Origin: Eledone cirrhosa
Taxonomy: Eukaryota
Direction: 5' to 3'
DNA: 64,000 bases
NCBI GenBank assembly: GCA_964016885.1
Contig: OZ024749.1
Span: forward strand, 2,976,001 to 3,040,000
The translations under genes were made by a program, and so were the position numbers. Under the pieces are notes generated by a model. The model saw only the letters and a program-made list of their open reading frames with translations. It was not told the origin of the DNA and ran no database searches. Position 1 is the stretch's first letter; each line of letters opens with the position of its first letter. Of this stretch, positions 13,943 to 28,110 are shown one piece after another.

Positions 13943-14791
13943 ATGCTTTGGGAGGGTCATGTTGCCAATAAGAAACACACGCACCAGTTCTTTCACCCCA
14001 ATTTATTATAAATTAAATTTATAAATTTAAGAATTTATAAATTTCCGGTTGGTTGGTTCCACAACCGGACGGTTGTCCATATATTGTTAAAGTTCTTTCG
14101 TCACACATTCTGTGACCTCTTCATTGAATGGGGATTCTTCTCTTTGTTTTTTGCATCTCCTTTGTTCTGTCCTACGCCATCTTGTTTGTGTGTGTGTTGT
14201 GTGCTTAGTTTGCACATGTGTTTCATCCGGGTGTCTGTGTGTGTTTATATTTGTTTGTTTATTTACACGTTACTGGTTGGTTGTTTGTTCTATGTGTGTG
14301 TTTTCATTTTGTCCTTAATTGTAAGTTGTGATGTTGCTATTCCATTCATGTTTTCTATTTTCTATTTAAAAGCATAACAATATCGGTTTCAACACACGTT
14401 TTCAGATAAAGAATCTTGCTAAACAAATTCAGAAACGAAATATATATATATATTTGCTTATTCCTATATTTATTTAATTATTTCTACATTACTTCATCTA
14501 CTTTTATATTTTCGCCTCTATTTCTATTATTTATGAGGATGCAAAATATGTTACAATCCAATAATAATATATTACACTATCACATGTTTCAGCCGACAGG
14601 CTGAGGCCATGCTGGGGCACCTCCATTAAAATGATTTACACATCCCTTGCAGGAAATTGAACCCAGTCTCCCAGTGATTGCCGGGGATACTTACGACGCC
14701 ACTAACGCTAGTTTATGGCTTTGCTGTTTTAAGTACACAATGCATTCAACGATGAAACAACTCCATACTAATACTAGCGAAAAGGTATATA

Positions 14792-14884
14792 TCTTCTTCT
14801 TCTTCTTCTTCTTCTTCTTCTTCTTCTTCTTCTTCTTCTTCTTCTTCTTCTTCTTCTTCTTCTCCCACTTCTTCTCCTTCTCCC

Positions 14885-14915
<31 letters not shown>

Positions 14916-15013
14916 CTTCTTCTTCTTCTTCTTCTTCTTCTTCTTCTTCTTCTTCTCCCACTTCTTCTTCTTCTCCCACTTCTTCTTCTTCTCCCACTTC
15001 TTCTCCTTCTCCC

Positions 15014-15044
<31 letters not shown>

Positions 15045-15056
15045 CTTCTTCTTCTC
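14792..15056. repeat. (CTT)n microsatellite with CTCCCA interruptions
   Basis: Direct inspection. Confidence 0.95.
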
Positions 15057-16523
15057 CGCTATTCGCTAACCACTTATTTAAGCCATAACATATTGTCAAT
15101 GGGTCACCTGACATCACACCAATGAATACGACGTAATTACACATCACTTTCCTCCCAACGACTTTCCTTCTCCATCTTGTTTCAAAATTCCCCACTCACA
15201 GTCTTCTTTTCCCACATATTTCTCCACAAAATATATAACTACATCCACAGGCACGCGCACACGCAGACACGAAGACACATACAAACCGGCATACACCCAC
15301 GCACACTTTCATGTATCAACTCAGAGAAGTGGATAGCCGTTGTGTTTGTTACTGTATTGATTCAAGTGACAACGTGCAGGTGTCTAACCAATCAGCAGGC
15401 ACAGCTACAGTTTGGACAGTTCCCATGGAGATTTACTGTCACATATGTTGTCTCTTTCAATTACAAATACAACTCATTTTTTGCCGGCTGAGTTGCCTTG
15501 AGAATCGTGAAATATCTTCATCTTTGCTTCGTTTAATAGGCAGATGTATAAGATTGTGATATTAGAACTTATACTCCACTGTATTAAGGACGTTGATTTC
15601 CGCGATCATTGTTCCAGATATTTCTTCAACAGAATTTACCTTCACATTTAATTCGCTATGTGTTATGTTGGTACATATATCTCTTATCAACATTTTCAAA
15701 CTTTTTCATTGTCCGGCGATATGAGATGGTCAGTTTACTTAGTTATATATTCTCATTGGCTATGTATTTCACTTACATCTGTTCTTTCAGCAGAATATCC
15801 GAATTATCGGACGGATTCAGTGAAAGACTCTGTGTGCGATATGGCTTTCCTTTGAATTTCAATTATAATTTACGTGTTAATGGTAATGTCACACCTGTTT
15901 ATTTTATCTATACAAAACGAGGGTAAAACCAAAGCGTTCACCAGACATAATTCCGAACTACCAACGAGATACTCCACCGAGAGACTAAGTACAAGCACTC
16001 TATCTGAGAGTTCACTTTAGTTATTATTTATAGAGATTTCGTCAAGTCCACTTTTAAATATGCAGGGTTTTTCAGGGTTTTTCCCTACAACCATTTATAT
16101 GACAAGCTTCCAGTCCTTTTTTGACGACCGAATACTATTAACTAGACTTGCGTCGATACAAGAATGTGCTACAAGATACTTGTTACAGATATCATGTAGT
16201 TGGATCTAACCAATAACCTCATTATGTTGATGCAAACTCCATAACCCCACAGGCATGGAGTGTCCAAATATATACATTTATTCTACTAAATAATGACCGA
16301 CAGCTACAGAGAGAAATCTAATATTCGTATTTTTATATGTTATATATCATATCATTCAGTTTTTGATTGTGTAAATCAAATTCCTACAGCTTGTATATAT
16401 ACGCCATTGCAATAATTGAATAGTGAATGACAACGAATAATTTATTTTTACATATCCATCTAAGTATTCCTCATTTAATCTATCTATGTGTCTTTCTATC
16501 GCTCACTATATATGTACACACCC

Positions 16524-16608
<85 letters not shown>

Positions 16609-16687
16609 CTTATCTTTATCTCTATCACTCTCTTTTTTTCTCTACCCATTTATTTATCGATCTATCTATCCATCAATCTATCTATCT

Positions 16688-18058
16688 CACCACCTCATGG
16701 AAAGACATCGAAAATGTCGTCAGTTTTGAAAACACGATGTCGGACGTTGATTGTAACATGAACACTAACACAAACACCAATAACATGCAAAATATAAACA
16801 ACACCAAACAGAACAACAACAACAAAAATAATGACAACAATAACAACAATAGCAACAATGATAACAACAACACCACCAACAACAACAACAATGATAACAA
16901 CAACACCACCAACAACAGCAGCAACACGAACAACTCCACGAACAAGGAAAATATTTCTTTTGCTCAAACCGTCCAAAAGACGGAACTGTTCACATACCTT
17001 AACATTTCCAACGCTAGGGAAATGTTAAGCGATGCAAAACAGTACGTAACCTTTGGTGAGAGTGATGCTTTCAGCATCACTTCTCATCAACAGTTACGCA
17101 GAGAAACTGTTCTAAAAAGCAGTAATTTTTAGGACGGTTTCAAATGTGTCGAAAAAACCAATTCAGTTATCCCAAAACGATATTGAACTGGCTCTAAAGA
17201 ATTCCATGAAGGATATTCCCTTCATCCAAAAAGGGAAACTTTTGGAAGCGTTTCGGTGTTGTTGAAAGACCAATTGACAGCACAAAAATATTCTGTATCG
17301 CCGATTGTGTCCACCCTTTACATTTTTCCCCATATATATGGGAAAAAGAACTCAAAAAATAAAAGTTTCGAACATTGCACCAAATGTAAACGTCTGGTGG
17401 ATTTTAACTGGCTTCATCGACTTCGATGAAGACACCATCATTTCGGTGGGAAAGTCCTCCAGAGGCACATTCAATGGCACAAGCATGGAAGTTCTGGTCC
17501 AAATGAGGCCAGAACGGATAGCTAAAATACCCCAACGTGTGCCTCTGGATGGAATTTCACACATACACATTTCTCTTGTGGGTAGGCGGCCTTCATGTTA
17601 CCACTGTTTAAGCAGTGGTCATCTGAAGGCTTACTGTCCTCAGTTAACTAAAAAAAAAAAAGCGACACTACTACCAACACCCAAAATACCTTTAGGTACC
17701 ACTTTAGAAGGAGAATCAGTGGAGAGAGAGGCACTGCAGCCCAGTAAATTTACTGAAAGCTGGGTGAATGTAGCAAAAATGGCCCGAGTGATTGGGCCTT
17801 CTCTGTATATAAGCCTCTAGGTTGAAGATGAGAGCAAAAGGACGAAAGGAGAACTTGCACAACACGCTCCTGGAATTGAGGGTTGTTCTATCTACGGGGT
17901 ATTAAACAACCCATTTGTAACGCCTCCCCCTATTGGGGATTTCGATTGTTGAAATTGTGTGTTTAAAAATTGTTTTACACGATTGTATGTAAAATCCCCG
18001 ACATATGTCCTTGTCTTGTGCCCTTTTCTTGTGTGCCCTTATGGCAAATAAAGAAATA
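16688..18058 (+). mobile_element. Non-LTR ORF1/gag-like remnant with CCHC zinc knuckle, no ORF2, embedded in (TATC)n
   Basis: ORF 17305-17820 contains GRRPSCYHCLSSGHLKAYCP (CX2CX4HX4C); upstream Asn-rich broken frame; AATAAA at ~18047; (TATC)n on both sides. Confidence 0.65.
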
Positions 18059-18607
18059 TATCTATCTATCTATCCATATATTATCTATCTATATGTTAAT
18101 ATATCTGCTTATGTTTGGAGTTTATATGCAAACAAAGGGAAAACATTAGAATGCGAAACGCAACAACCTCAAAATGAGGATGCCAATGAAACAAACTAGT
18201 GCAACATAACACTGTGGATATGGGAACCATAAACCCCTGCAACTGACAAGAATGGTAGACTATCAGTGAAATAATTATAGATAATTAATAGTAATGTCAC
18301 ATTGGCAATAAACATAACAGCGGAAACCGGATTATTAGAATCTGCGCGAAAAATATGTTTCATAAACATGAGCTCTTCTGTAAATATGAAGGCTTATTTC
18401 CAGAAATATCAACGGTCTTCCGTTGGGTTCGACGAGGTGTGTCTTCCAGTCCTTTGATCTGTAAATATTCAGTTACATATGTAATCATTATCTGTATTTT
18501 AATATCGTTTTCCATATTTTCTCTATGCATACATATATATATATACATCATATATATATATATACAAATATAAGTTTAGTAAAATCAAAGTATTGGCTGT
18601 GGCAAAG

Positions 18608-18698
<91 letters not shown>

Positions 18699-18740
18699 AG
18701 GATAACAAGATATCGTTATAGGTAATCCAATTAGAGGATA

Positions 18741-18770
<30 letters not shown>

Positions 18771-18773
<3 letters not shown>

Positions 18774-18952
18774 TAATAAGAGGAATTCCAACTTTGTCTG
18801 ATTTACTCGTTTTATTTACAATCCTTTAAAATTTATAATGGTATTATAATGATATCATACTATTTCATTATAATACCATTATAAATTTTAAATATTGTAA
18901 ATAAAATGAGTAAATCAGACAAAGTTGGAATTCCTTTTATTAATATAATCTT
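18771..18952. mobile_element. Fold-back derived from the 3' end of the PLE at 52222-54610
   Basis: Both arms match 54500-54580 (TACCATTATAAATTTTAAA...TTGGAATTCCTTTTATTAATA). Confidence 0.85.
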
Positions 18953-18982
18953 ATATATATATATATATACGTATATATATAT

Positions 18983-19017
<35 letters not shown>

Positions 19018-19029
19018 TATATATATATA

Positions 19030-19222
19030 TAACGAAGGAAATGTGGTAAGAAACCAGGTGGACCGTAACGCACCAAAGTACTCAATACTTAGCGTAGTAG
19101 AGTGGGTAATAGGAACGAGTAGGACCCCGACGGCTGAGCTCAAGCCGTTTCGACGGCTAATTCAGTCCAGAATTAGCCGTCGAAACGGCTTGAGCTCAGC
19201 CGTCGGGGTCCTACTCGTTTCT
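19030..19222 (-). mobile_element. Fold-back repeat family A
   Basis: Palindrome ~19114-19219 centred on GACGGCTAATTC-AGTCCA-GAATTAGCCGTC; tail 19030-19110. Confidence 0.85.
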
Positions 19223-19241
19223 ATATATATATATATTATAT

Positions 19242-19550
19242 AATCACAGAAAAAAGAGACGCAGTGTTGCGACGAGTGGAATTTATTCGACATATTACAT
19301 TCGTTTCTCTGGCGACCAGCTCGAGCCACGATCGATGGAATGTTCGAATCTGACTCTGAAAATCGCAAATGTCCTCCGGCGAAGGATATCGATGTAAAAG
19401 GACATAGGATTATCTTGCTTCGTAGAATCAAGACGTATATGAGGACCTTGCGATTTTCATAGTCAGGTTCGACCATCACATCGATCGTGCCTCGAGCTGG
19501 TCGCCAGAGAAACGAATGTAATACGGACGCTTTCAGCAACCAACACCAAT
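19242..19550. mobile_element. Inverted-repeat element between (TA)n
   Basis: TACATTCGTTTCTCTGGCGACCAGCTCGAG.. (19296-19338) mirrored at 19479-19523. Confidence 0.6.
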
Positions 19551-19555
19551 TATAT

Positions 19556-19707
<152 letters not shown>

Positions 19708-19732
19708 ATACATAATTATATATATATATATA

Positions 19733-20193
19733 TATTAAAATACAAATATTAATAAAATAGATGGTCTTTTGATCAATTAAATTGTATTATACATATTTCA
19801 GAGGTACAACAGTATGTCCTCATCAGACAAGATATAATCAACGTTTTTCTTACTCATACATCCTCTATTGAATTTATTACGTTTTCCCATTTCTCATTAT
19901 TAGTGTATACATGTTGAGTTTTCTCTTAGGTTAATCACTACCTTGATTAAATCTTAACCATTTAACATCTCAGGCTATGTCATGTATCATTATATTTTGT
20001 CTGATGAGGACGTAGTGGTGTACCTCTGAAATATGTATAATGAAATTTTAATGATCAAAAGAGCATCTATTTTATTAATATTTGTATTTTAATATTAAAA
20101 GATCTTGAGAAAATATTTTTTAACTGTAGAGTGCTTCACATCTACTGTAAAAGTCATTCTTTGATGTACTCATCGATTCTTGTTTAACTCTTT

Positions 20194-20195
<2 letters not shown>
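19733..20195 (+). mobile_element. Inverted-arm PLE 3'-end element with hammerheads at 19994-20046 (+) and ~19783-19835 (-)
   Basis: Arms ~19733-19838 / ~19989-20093; ATTTTGT-CTGATGA...GAAA-TATGTA-TA-ATGAAAT; tail resembles that of 1936-2307. Confidence 0.75.
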
Positions 20196-20233
<38 letters not shown>

Positions 20234-20320
20234 CAAAAGTATACGGGAACAAAACAGAGAGGCAGACGAATAAAGGTTTATTAGGTTCACGCTTTTGAGA
20301 GCGGGGATGGTCGTATATAT

Positions 20321-21660
<1,340 letters not shown>

Positions 21661-22492
21661 ACAGTATTTTCCGTAGTGTTGTAATATAAATATTACACAC
21701 AGTAGATGGACAGCTCACGTAGAGTTTCCTCTACGGTTCCAGTTGTAGTTCCAAAAGTAATCCGGAGAAAAATAGAAGGATTTTAATGGATACAGTTTAG
21801 TTAAAATGAATTTATTGACACGTGTTTCTATAACAGTTACATGACCTGAAAACAGCTGCTATCTACAAAGTATTAGTTATGCAGACATTCAATGTTTCAA
21901 TGTTATTATCAACTGTCATTTCATCGGAATAATTTTACTGGGGACCTGTTTGTTTTTTATAGAGAATATTAGGAGGGAGGGGTGAAGTTGTTAGAAGAAT
22001 AGTTGTGGGAGTGGCTTTTTGATAGCAGTGAGAATTTTTGGTGGCAGTGAGTAATTAGATTCCCATCTGTTGTTTTGACATTTTTATAGAATATATTATT
22101 GGTTATTTTTCTAAATTGGTTATTTTTCTGAATAACAGGATTGAACGAACATTATTCTGGCGTCACCGAACTAAAACCCTTTTTTCCCACTACAAGCTGA
22201 ATATTACATAAAAGAGGGACATCCCCCCAACTATATAAACCTCAATCTAGTTATAAAAATATAAAAATAATCTCTTCTCAACATATATATGTATATTAAT
22301 AACCTTAAATTACCACACTAATAATGGAAAGATATGCTGATGAGAATAGTTGCAAATATGCTATAATGAATGTGTCTGAAAGCGACCATAAGTATGTATA
22401 TATATGGGAAAAATGTATATAAATAAGTAAATATATATATATGTTTGATGTGTATAGTTAGATGTAAGTGCATTCATGTACTAAAGTGTTTA

Positions 22493-22549
<57 letters not shown>

Positions 22550-23241
22550 TATATATACACATAGACTGGAGTATGTGTGTATATATGTGTGTGTCTATAC
22601 GTGTGTATATAAAGATAAGTTGAGTATGAAAATGTATACACATGAACGCGTATGTATGTACATGTATATATGTGTATATATATATATGTATGCATGTGTA
22701 TATGTATGTAAGTATGAGCATGTAAGTATGTGTATGTGAGTATATGTATTTTGTAGAAGTGTGCATATATGTTTGTGTGTGAATGCGTGGGCCAAAGGAT
22801 ACGTACACTTGAAAGAAAAATTTAATTCTGAATGTTAATTAAGTGCAAACACAAAACCAACCACGCATATCTATACTATCTCTAATCCTTCTATAGATTT
22901 AGAAAAATAACCAATAATATATTCTATAAAAATGTCAAAACAACTGATGGGAATCTAATTACTCACTGCCACCAAAAATTCTCACTGCTATCAAAAAACC
23001 ACTCCCTCAACTATTCTCCTAACAACTTCACCCTCCCTCCTAATATTCTCTATAAAATCCAAACAGGTCCTCAGTAAAATTATTCCGATGAAATGACAGT
23101 TGATAATAACATTAAAATATTGAATGTCTGCATAACTAATACTTTGTAGATAGCAGCTGTTTTCAGGTTATGTAACTGTTATAGAAACACGTGTCAATAA
23201 ATTCCTTTTAACTAAACTGTATCCATTAAAATCCTTCTATA
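21661..23241. mobile_element. Non-coding PLE-type element with ~345-bp inverted arms (21772-22115 / 22897-23241), ~780-bp spacer and tail 21661-21771
   Basis: Arms are reverse complements with scattered substitutions; each has a hammerhead; TA flanks. Confidence 0.85.
23080..23200 (+). ncRNA. Type I hammerhead with CCGAUGA core and extended stem II (mirror copy 21812-21932, minus)
   Basis: TTATT-CCGATGA-A-ATGACAGTT...AACTGTTAT-A-GAAA-CACGTG-TC-AATAA. Confidence 0.8.
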
Positions 23242-23248
23242 TATAAAT

Positions 23249-23346
<98 letters not shown>

Positions 23347-23886
23347 CAGACACTGTAACTGAATGAGTGATTCAAGTCACTTCATGAGACATATGTCGAA
23401 ATGATGAAGGTAAACCTTTTCATTTTATAGAAATTCATATTTCTCTCAAGATTAATTATATCTGAACGATACTAATATATTCTTGTAGGAATTCAATTGA
23501 TGTGTTAAATCGCGATTTTATATTTTATGTTGTTGTTTTTGTTGCTGACTAGACAATTCTTTTAACGTTTTCCGTTAGAATTTCCAAGCATCAAAGAATC
23601 ATACAATTTGGGATATATAATTTGCCAACCATTAAGAATGTTTCGATATCAGGATGAAGCTCTTATATAGAATCTGCGGTGGTAATATATTCATTATACA
23701 AAATGTCTAAGAGTATTTTGGGTTTCAGGCAATGGTACTAAAATACATATTATCAATAATCTAGTTGAATGAAATGAAAAAAAATGAAACATAATAAGCA
23801 GTCTTCTAAGAAGGTATTCCGAATAAGGAAGCTATGCAGTTAGACTTCTACACGAGATGGTGCCTACATTCATTTCTTCGAATTTG

Positions 23887-23942
<56 letters not shown>

Positions 23943-23974
23943 ATATATATATATATGTATATATATATAGAGAG

Positions 23975-24555
23975 AGAGAGAGCGAAAAGACACGTCTTAG
24001 CTGTAGCAGTGTTAGCGAGAAAAGAGGTTGCGTACAGCGGTGGACGAGGGAGGTAGTGAGCCAGCGAGGAGAGAGGATGACTAACAGAGAGAGAGAGTGA
24101 GTGAAAGTAAGAGGGAGCGAGAAAGAGATAGCTATAGTGGGAGGCTAGCCGAGAGGTGACTAGCAGAGGAGTTGTGCGGAAGTAAGAGGGAGAAAGAGAG
24201 AGAAGGCGTAGAGAGGGAGGGTAGCAGTAAAGCAGCCTCTTTTCTCGCTAACACTGCTACGGCTAAGACGTGTCTTTTCTCTCTCGTCAACATTCTCCCG
24301 TTCTTATGTTCGACATGAGTTGTTGACTTGATAATTTTCCTAATTTTCCTCTCTACGTTGCTCACCCTTCGTGTCTGTTAACATGTCCCCCCCCAACCCC
24401 AACCCCTTCCTTTTATCCCAATAACTTATTTTAGTTACTGTTTCGCCCTAGGCTGAGGTATATTGTCTCTAACGCGAAGAAATACCAATGATTCCTAGGA
24501 GACTACTGATTTCGGATACTCCTCTCTTTCGCCCGTAACTTTTATTTTTGATTAT
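23975..24555 (+). mobile_element. Element with 5' inverted segment (23975-24031 / 24232-24285) ending in the permuted hammerhead motif
   Basis: AAAAGACACGTCTTAGCTGTAGCAGTGTTAGCGAGAAAAGAGG mirrored; TA flank on the right. Confidence 0.6.
24414..24518 (+). ncRNA. Permuted hammerhead-like motif, copy 2 (core decayed to CTGATTT)
   Basis: TATCC..TTCGC-CCTAGG..GGTA-TA-TTGTCTC..GCGAA-GAAA-TACC..CCTAGG-AGACTA-CTGATTT-C-GGATA. Confidence 0.65.
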
Positions 24556-24567
24556 ATATATATATAT

Positions 24568-24725
24568 AGGAAGCCGTTTCGACTCAGTCCAGAAATAGCC
24601 CTCGAAACGGCTCGAGCTCTGTCGTCGGGGTTAAACATTTTCCTATTACCCACTCTACTACCCTAAGTATTGAGCACTCTGGTGCATTATGGCCCATCTG
24701 GTTCCTTACCACATTTCCTTCGTTT
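24568..24725 (+). mobile_element. Fold-back repeat family A, diverged copy
   Basis: GCCGTTTCGA..TCGAAACGGCTCGAGCTCTGTCGTCGGGG plus the shared tail. Confidence 0.75.
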
Positions 24726-24744
24726 TATATATATATATATATAT

Positions 24745-24960
24745 AAATAATTAATATATCTAGTAACATATATATACACAGATGCATACTTATGCTAGCA
24801 AATATATAGGTTTTGTCTTAGTAACTTTGTGGTTCAATGCATGGGGATGCAGAACAATAATATGAGAGACGTAAAATAAGAAAATTATAAAATTAACTTA
24901 CTTACTAAAATTTTAGTAAGTAAGTTAATTTTATAATTTTCTTATTGTACGTCCCTCATA
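24745..24960. mobile_element. Fold-back related to the 38412-39417 family
   Basis: GTGGTTCAATGCA..GATGCAGAACAATAATAT shared; palindrome centred ~24908. Confidence 0.7.
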
Positions 24961-25381
24961 TATATATATCGGATTTTGGTCTACGGAATTATTATCACTA
25001 TATATATAGTAGGAGAATAAACAACCAAATTCTCGAAATAATATTTATATATTTACAAATGTTTCTGAGGACAACATCCCAATTCGATCTATAATATTGA
25101 GATTTATCAATATATGAATCAATAGGTCTACGTGATATTAACATCGAAATATAGTCGGACCTCAACTGCAGAACGTGAAAAAAAAACAAATTTCAATAAT
25201 ACATGTGACTTATGGAGGAAACTAGGAAAGATATGAAAGACGTACCAGACCCCTTCACACTAGAAGAACCAAGTCGAAGGAAGCGTTATTGAGCTCTGTA
25301 CTCACACCCTATAACGCGAATGTAAACCTAAATATATATACACACACACACACATACACACGCACGCACGCACACACACAT

Positions 25382-25462
<81 letters not shown>

Positions 25463-25465
<3 letters not shown>

Positions 25466-25730
25466 TAAAATAACAGATTAAAGTTTAAGCAGAGAATCGC
25501 TGCTTTCACACTTAACGGGATCTTCTGAAACTAACCTTAGTTACTAACTAAGTTACTAACTAGGGTTAGTTTCAGAAGATCCCGTTAAGGGTTAAAGCAG
25601 CGATTCTTTGCTTAAACTTTAATCTGTTATTTAATAAATATTTGCTCTACGGTTCTTATATATTTGATATATATTTTCCTTATCGAGCCCTCTTTGGATT
25701 TTAGTCTTCAATTTTATTATTATTACTATA
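25463..25730 (+). mobile_element. Fold-back repeat family B (other copies ~1770-1868 + and 54683-54840 -)
   Basis: Arms 25463-25545 / 25558-25638; shared tail TTTGCTCTACGGTTCTTATATATTTGATAT...CTCTTTGGATTTT..TCAAATTTATTATTATTACT. Confidence 0.8.
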
Positions 25731-25837
25731 TATATATATATATACACATGCATATGAACGCCATATCGACATACAAACATATGTACATATATACACATCA
25801 AATACGCACAAATATATAAATAAATATATATGCCTAC

Positions 25838-26025
25838 ACACGAGAGGATTGCAGCGTCTGAAGAGACGATTGCCGTCTCTTATTGATTCTTCGATATCAT
25901 CCCATCTGTGTTCATGACTTGGTAGCTGACTGTGTAGTCCAGCTGTAGATCTGCATGGTTTACGACACAGGTAACAGAAGAGTGTTGTGCTTTCCACAGG
26001 ACTGCTGGCGTCACCCTCTGGGGCA
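25838..26025 (-). mobile_element. RTE-type LINE 3' end fragment
   Basis: Translates as FCYLCRKPCRSTAGLHSQLPSH, resembling the C-terminal Cys/His finger of RTE ORF2. Confidence 0.5.
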
Positions 26026-26439
26026 CACATACATCATATATACATATATGAATATGAATGTAGAAATTCATATGCGTGCATACTGTGGGTGGGAGGGTGT
26101 GTGTTTACTGTCGTGGGGGAGGATTGTACGTGATAGTGGTGGTGATGCTGGTCGTGACGGCCGTGGTGGCAATGAGTAATGAATATAAAGCGATGTATAT
26201 TAAAATTAAAGAATTAACTATAATATAATTATAGATGATGATGATGTTGGCGGCGACGGGGTAGTGTAGGTGTTAGGTACATAGAAGGTATAAAGTATGA
26301 AGAAAAAGGAAGTAAGGAAAAAACGAAAAAGCTGAAAATAAAATGAAAAATGGAGCAGGGGAAATCGAAAATGGCATCTCATGCCCCGTCAGTTGTAGGC
26401 TTTCACCTTTGCCACAATATTCCATTTGATGGTGTGGGT

Positions 26440-27430
26440 TAGTCACCCTACTGTCTTTCAATTGCCAAATACATTTTGACAGAGAGGCTGAAGTCTGTAT
26501 TCATCTGTTATTAAATGTATATAGGTGTGGAGAGTGTGGGATTTAAATATATTTTCGGGCAATCCAATGGAGATTTTCTCCTGTAATTCTGCTTTATATA
26601 TGAGCTCCTTGAAAAGGCATTTATTCTCCTGTGGACCTCGAGTTTGCAATTATATTCCAGCGATGTCTGAGTCACGTACATTTATTATTCTATATTATTG
26701 AGGTAGCTATAGCTTACCATAACAGTATTCTTGTTGAAGATTCTATAGTAGCGTTGCATGGGGTAAAGATGTCTTTTTATAAGGGAAAGAAAATGTCCGG
26801 CTATATTGATAGGTACATTGAGTCTGTAGGGAGAGTTATTCCAGATGATTCTCCTGGCTCCGTGTGTTCTGTTGGTGCGAGGGGGTTTCAATATAAGTTA
26901 TATTCTCAGAAAAAAATATTTTTTTAATACGAGGGCATAGTAGGGGTATGGGTTGGCTGCGTCGATTATCTGTCTGTTAGAAGATGGGGTTGATATCCGC
27001 CTTCTCACAACCATTGCTATTTGGCGCGTAATGTTGGGTGGGTGAGTGTTTGAAGCCTTTGCTGATGTTGCTGCAGTCTCCTTTTGGCTTGTGAAATGCT
27101 TGGTAGAGGCCCGTGTTTAGATCCAGGGTTATATCCGGGAAATCTGCAATTTTTAGGTTGGATCACACCGCACGAGTTAGGAACTTTTCTCAAATTATCT
27201 TTATCATGCCCGTACTATATATGCCGAATCCATCGGCCCTGTATTGTCGAAGTTCAACACCTGGGTGCTTGTTCTTCAGAGTGTGTAAGAATCACCCATT
27301 GCGAAGTCGAAAATTTCATCAACGTGCTTGTTAAAGAATCAACATTGCAGAGCAATGTCTTTTGTGCATTTAGCATTTAGTATAATTGTTATGTCATTGT
27401 ATGATATAACGATGCAGGTTTGTTTCCGAA
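26440..27430 (-). pseudogene. Degenerate PLE RT C-terminus, linker and partial endonuclease (Hydra-clade-like)
   Basis: Minus-strand pieces DFAMGDSY, YRADG, SNTHPPNITRQI..RRIS, RRIIWNNSPYRLNVPINIAGHFLSLIKRHL..RIFNKNTVMVSYS. Confidence 0.75.
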
Positions 27431-28110
27431 CAGTTGAAGCTGAAACTACTGAGCTGAACAATCTCCACTCAGTCTCAAAGTTCTTACCTTGCTGGTGTCT
27501 TCCCTGTATTTGAATGCAATATTATCATCATACATGACGATGGCTTTTATATCCACGAACGCTTCTCTGGACCTGCCAGTTTTGTAGGTTTCTCTGGCTT
27601 TAATCAGTCTCAAGTTGCAGATAAATAGATGGTGATCAGTTGACAACTCATTGCCTCTCTTAACTCGAACATTTAGTACATACTCGAAAAGATCAGAGTC
27701 AATAATAAAATCAATTAATGATCTCTGTCCTTGATCCACTTATAAGATGTATATTTATGGGTGTCTTTGAGTTGGATGAAGGTGCTCATAATCGAGAGTC
27801 CATTGCTAGACCAGATGTCTAATATGGCCTATCCATACTTATTTAGATCTGGTTCGCCATTTCTTCCAATCACTCCTTTCTATGTCAGGTGGTAATTGCC
27901 AACATGTGCATTGAAATCTCCCATCAGGATATATGACCCAGTCATAACTACACCTATGGGTGCAGTGACTTTATGAAGGGCGGTAATGCATTTTGACTCC
28001 TCATTTAGTGTATAAACTTGCACCACCCACAGAGGCCTATACTACAACTTCAAGTATCAAATCCTCACTACTAGCGTAACCCAGTCCATAACACACTCAG
28101 ACAGCCGTGA
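27430..28110 (-). pseudogene. AP-endonuclease fragment of an RTE-like LINE
   Basis: Minus strand LMGDFNAHVG (~27900-27930) and QRSLIDFI..RVKRGNELSTDHHL. Confidence 0.8.

Noticed and set aside
14647-15195. Poly-Glu / poly-Phe ORFs
   Set aside because: Product of the (CTT)n microsatellite; no domain or splice context
15060-16420. Unique-looking sequence as possible host exons (also 44500-46540)
   Set aside because: No recognisable protein motif or convincing exon structure; small exons cannot be excluded without RNA data
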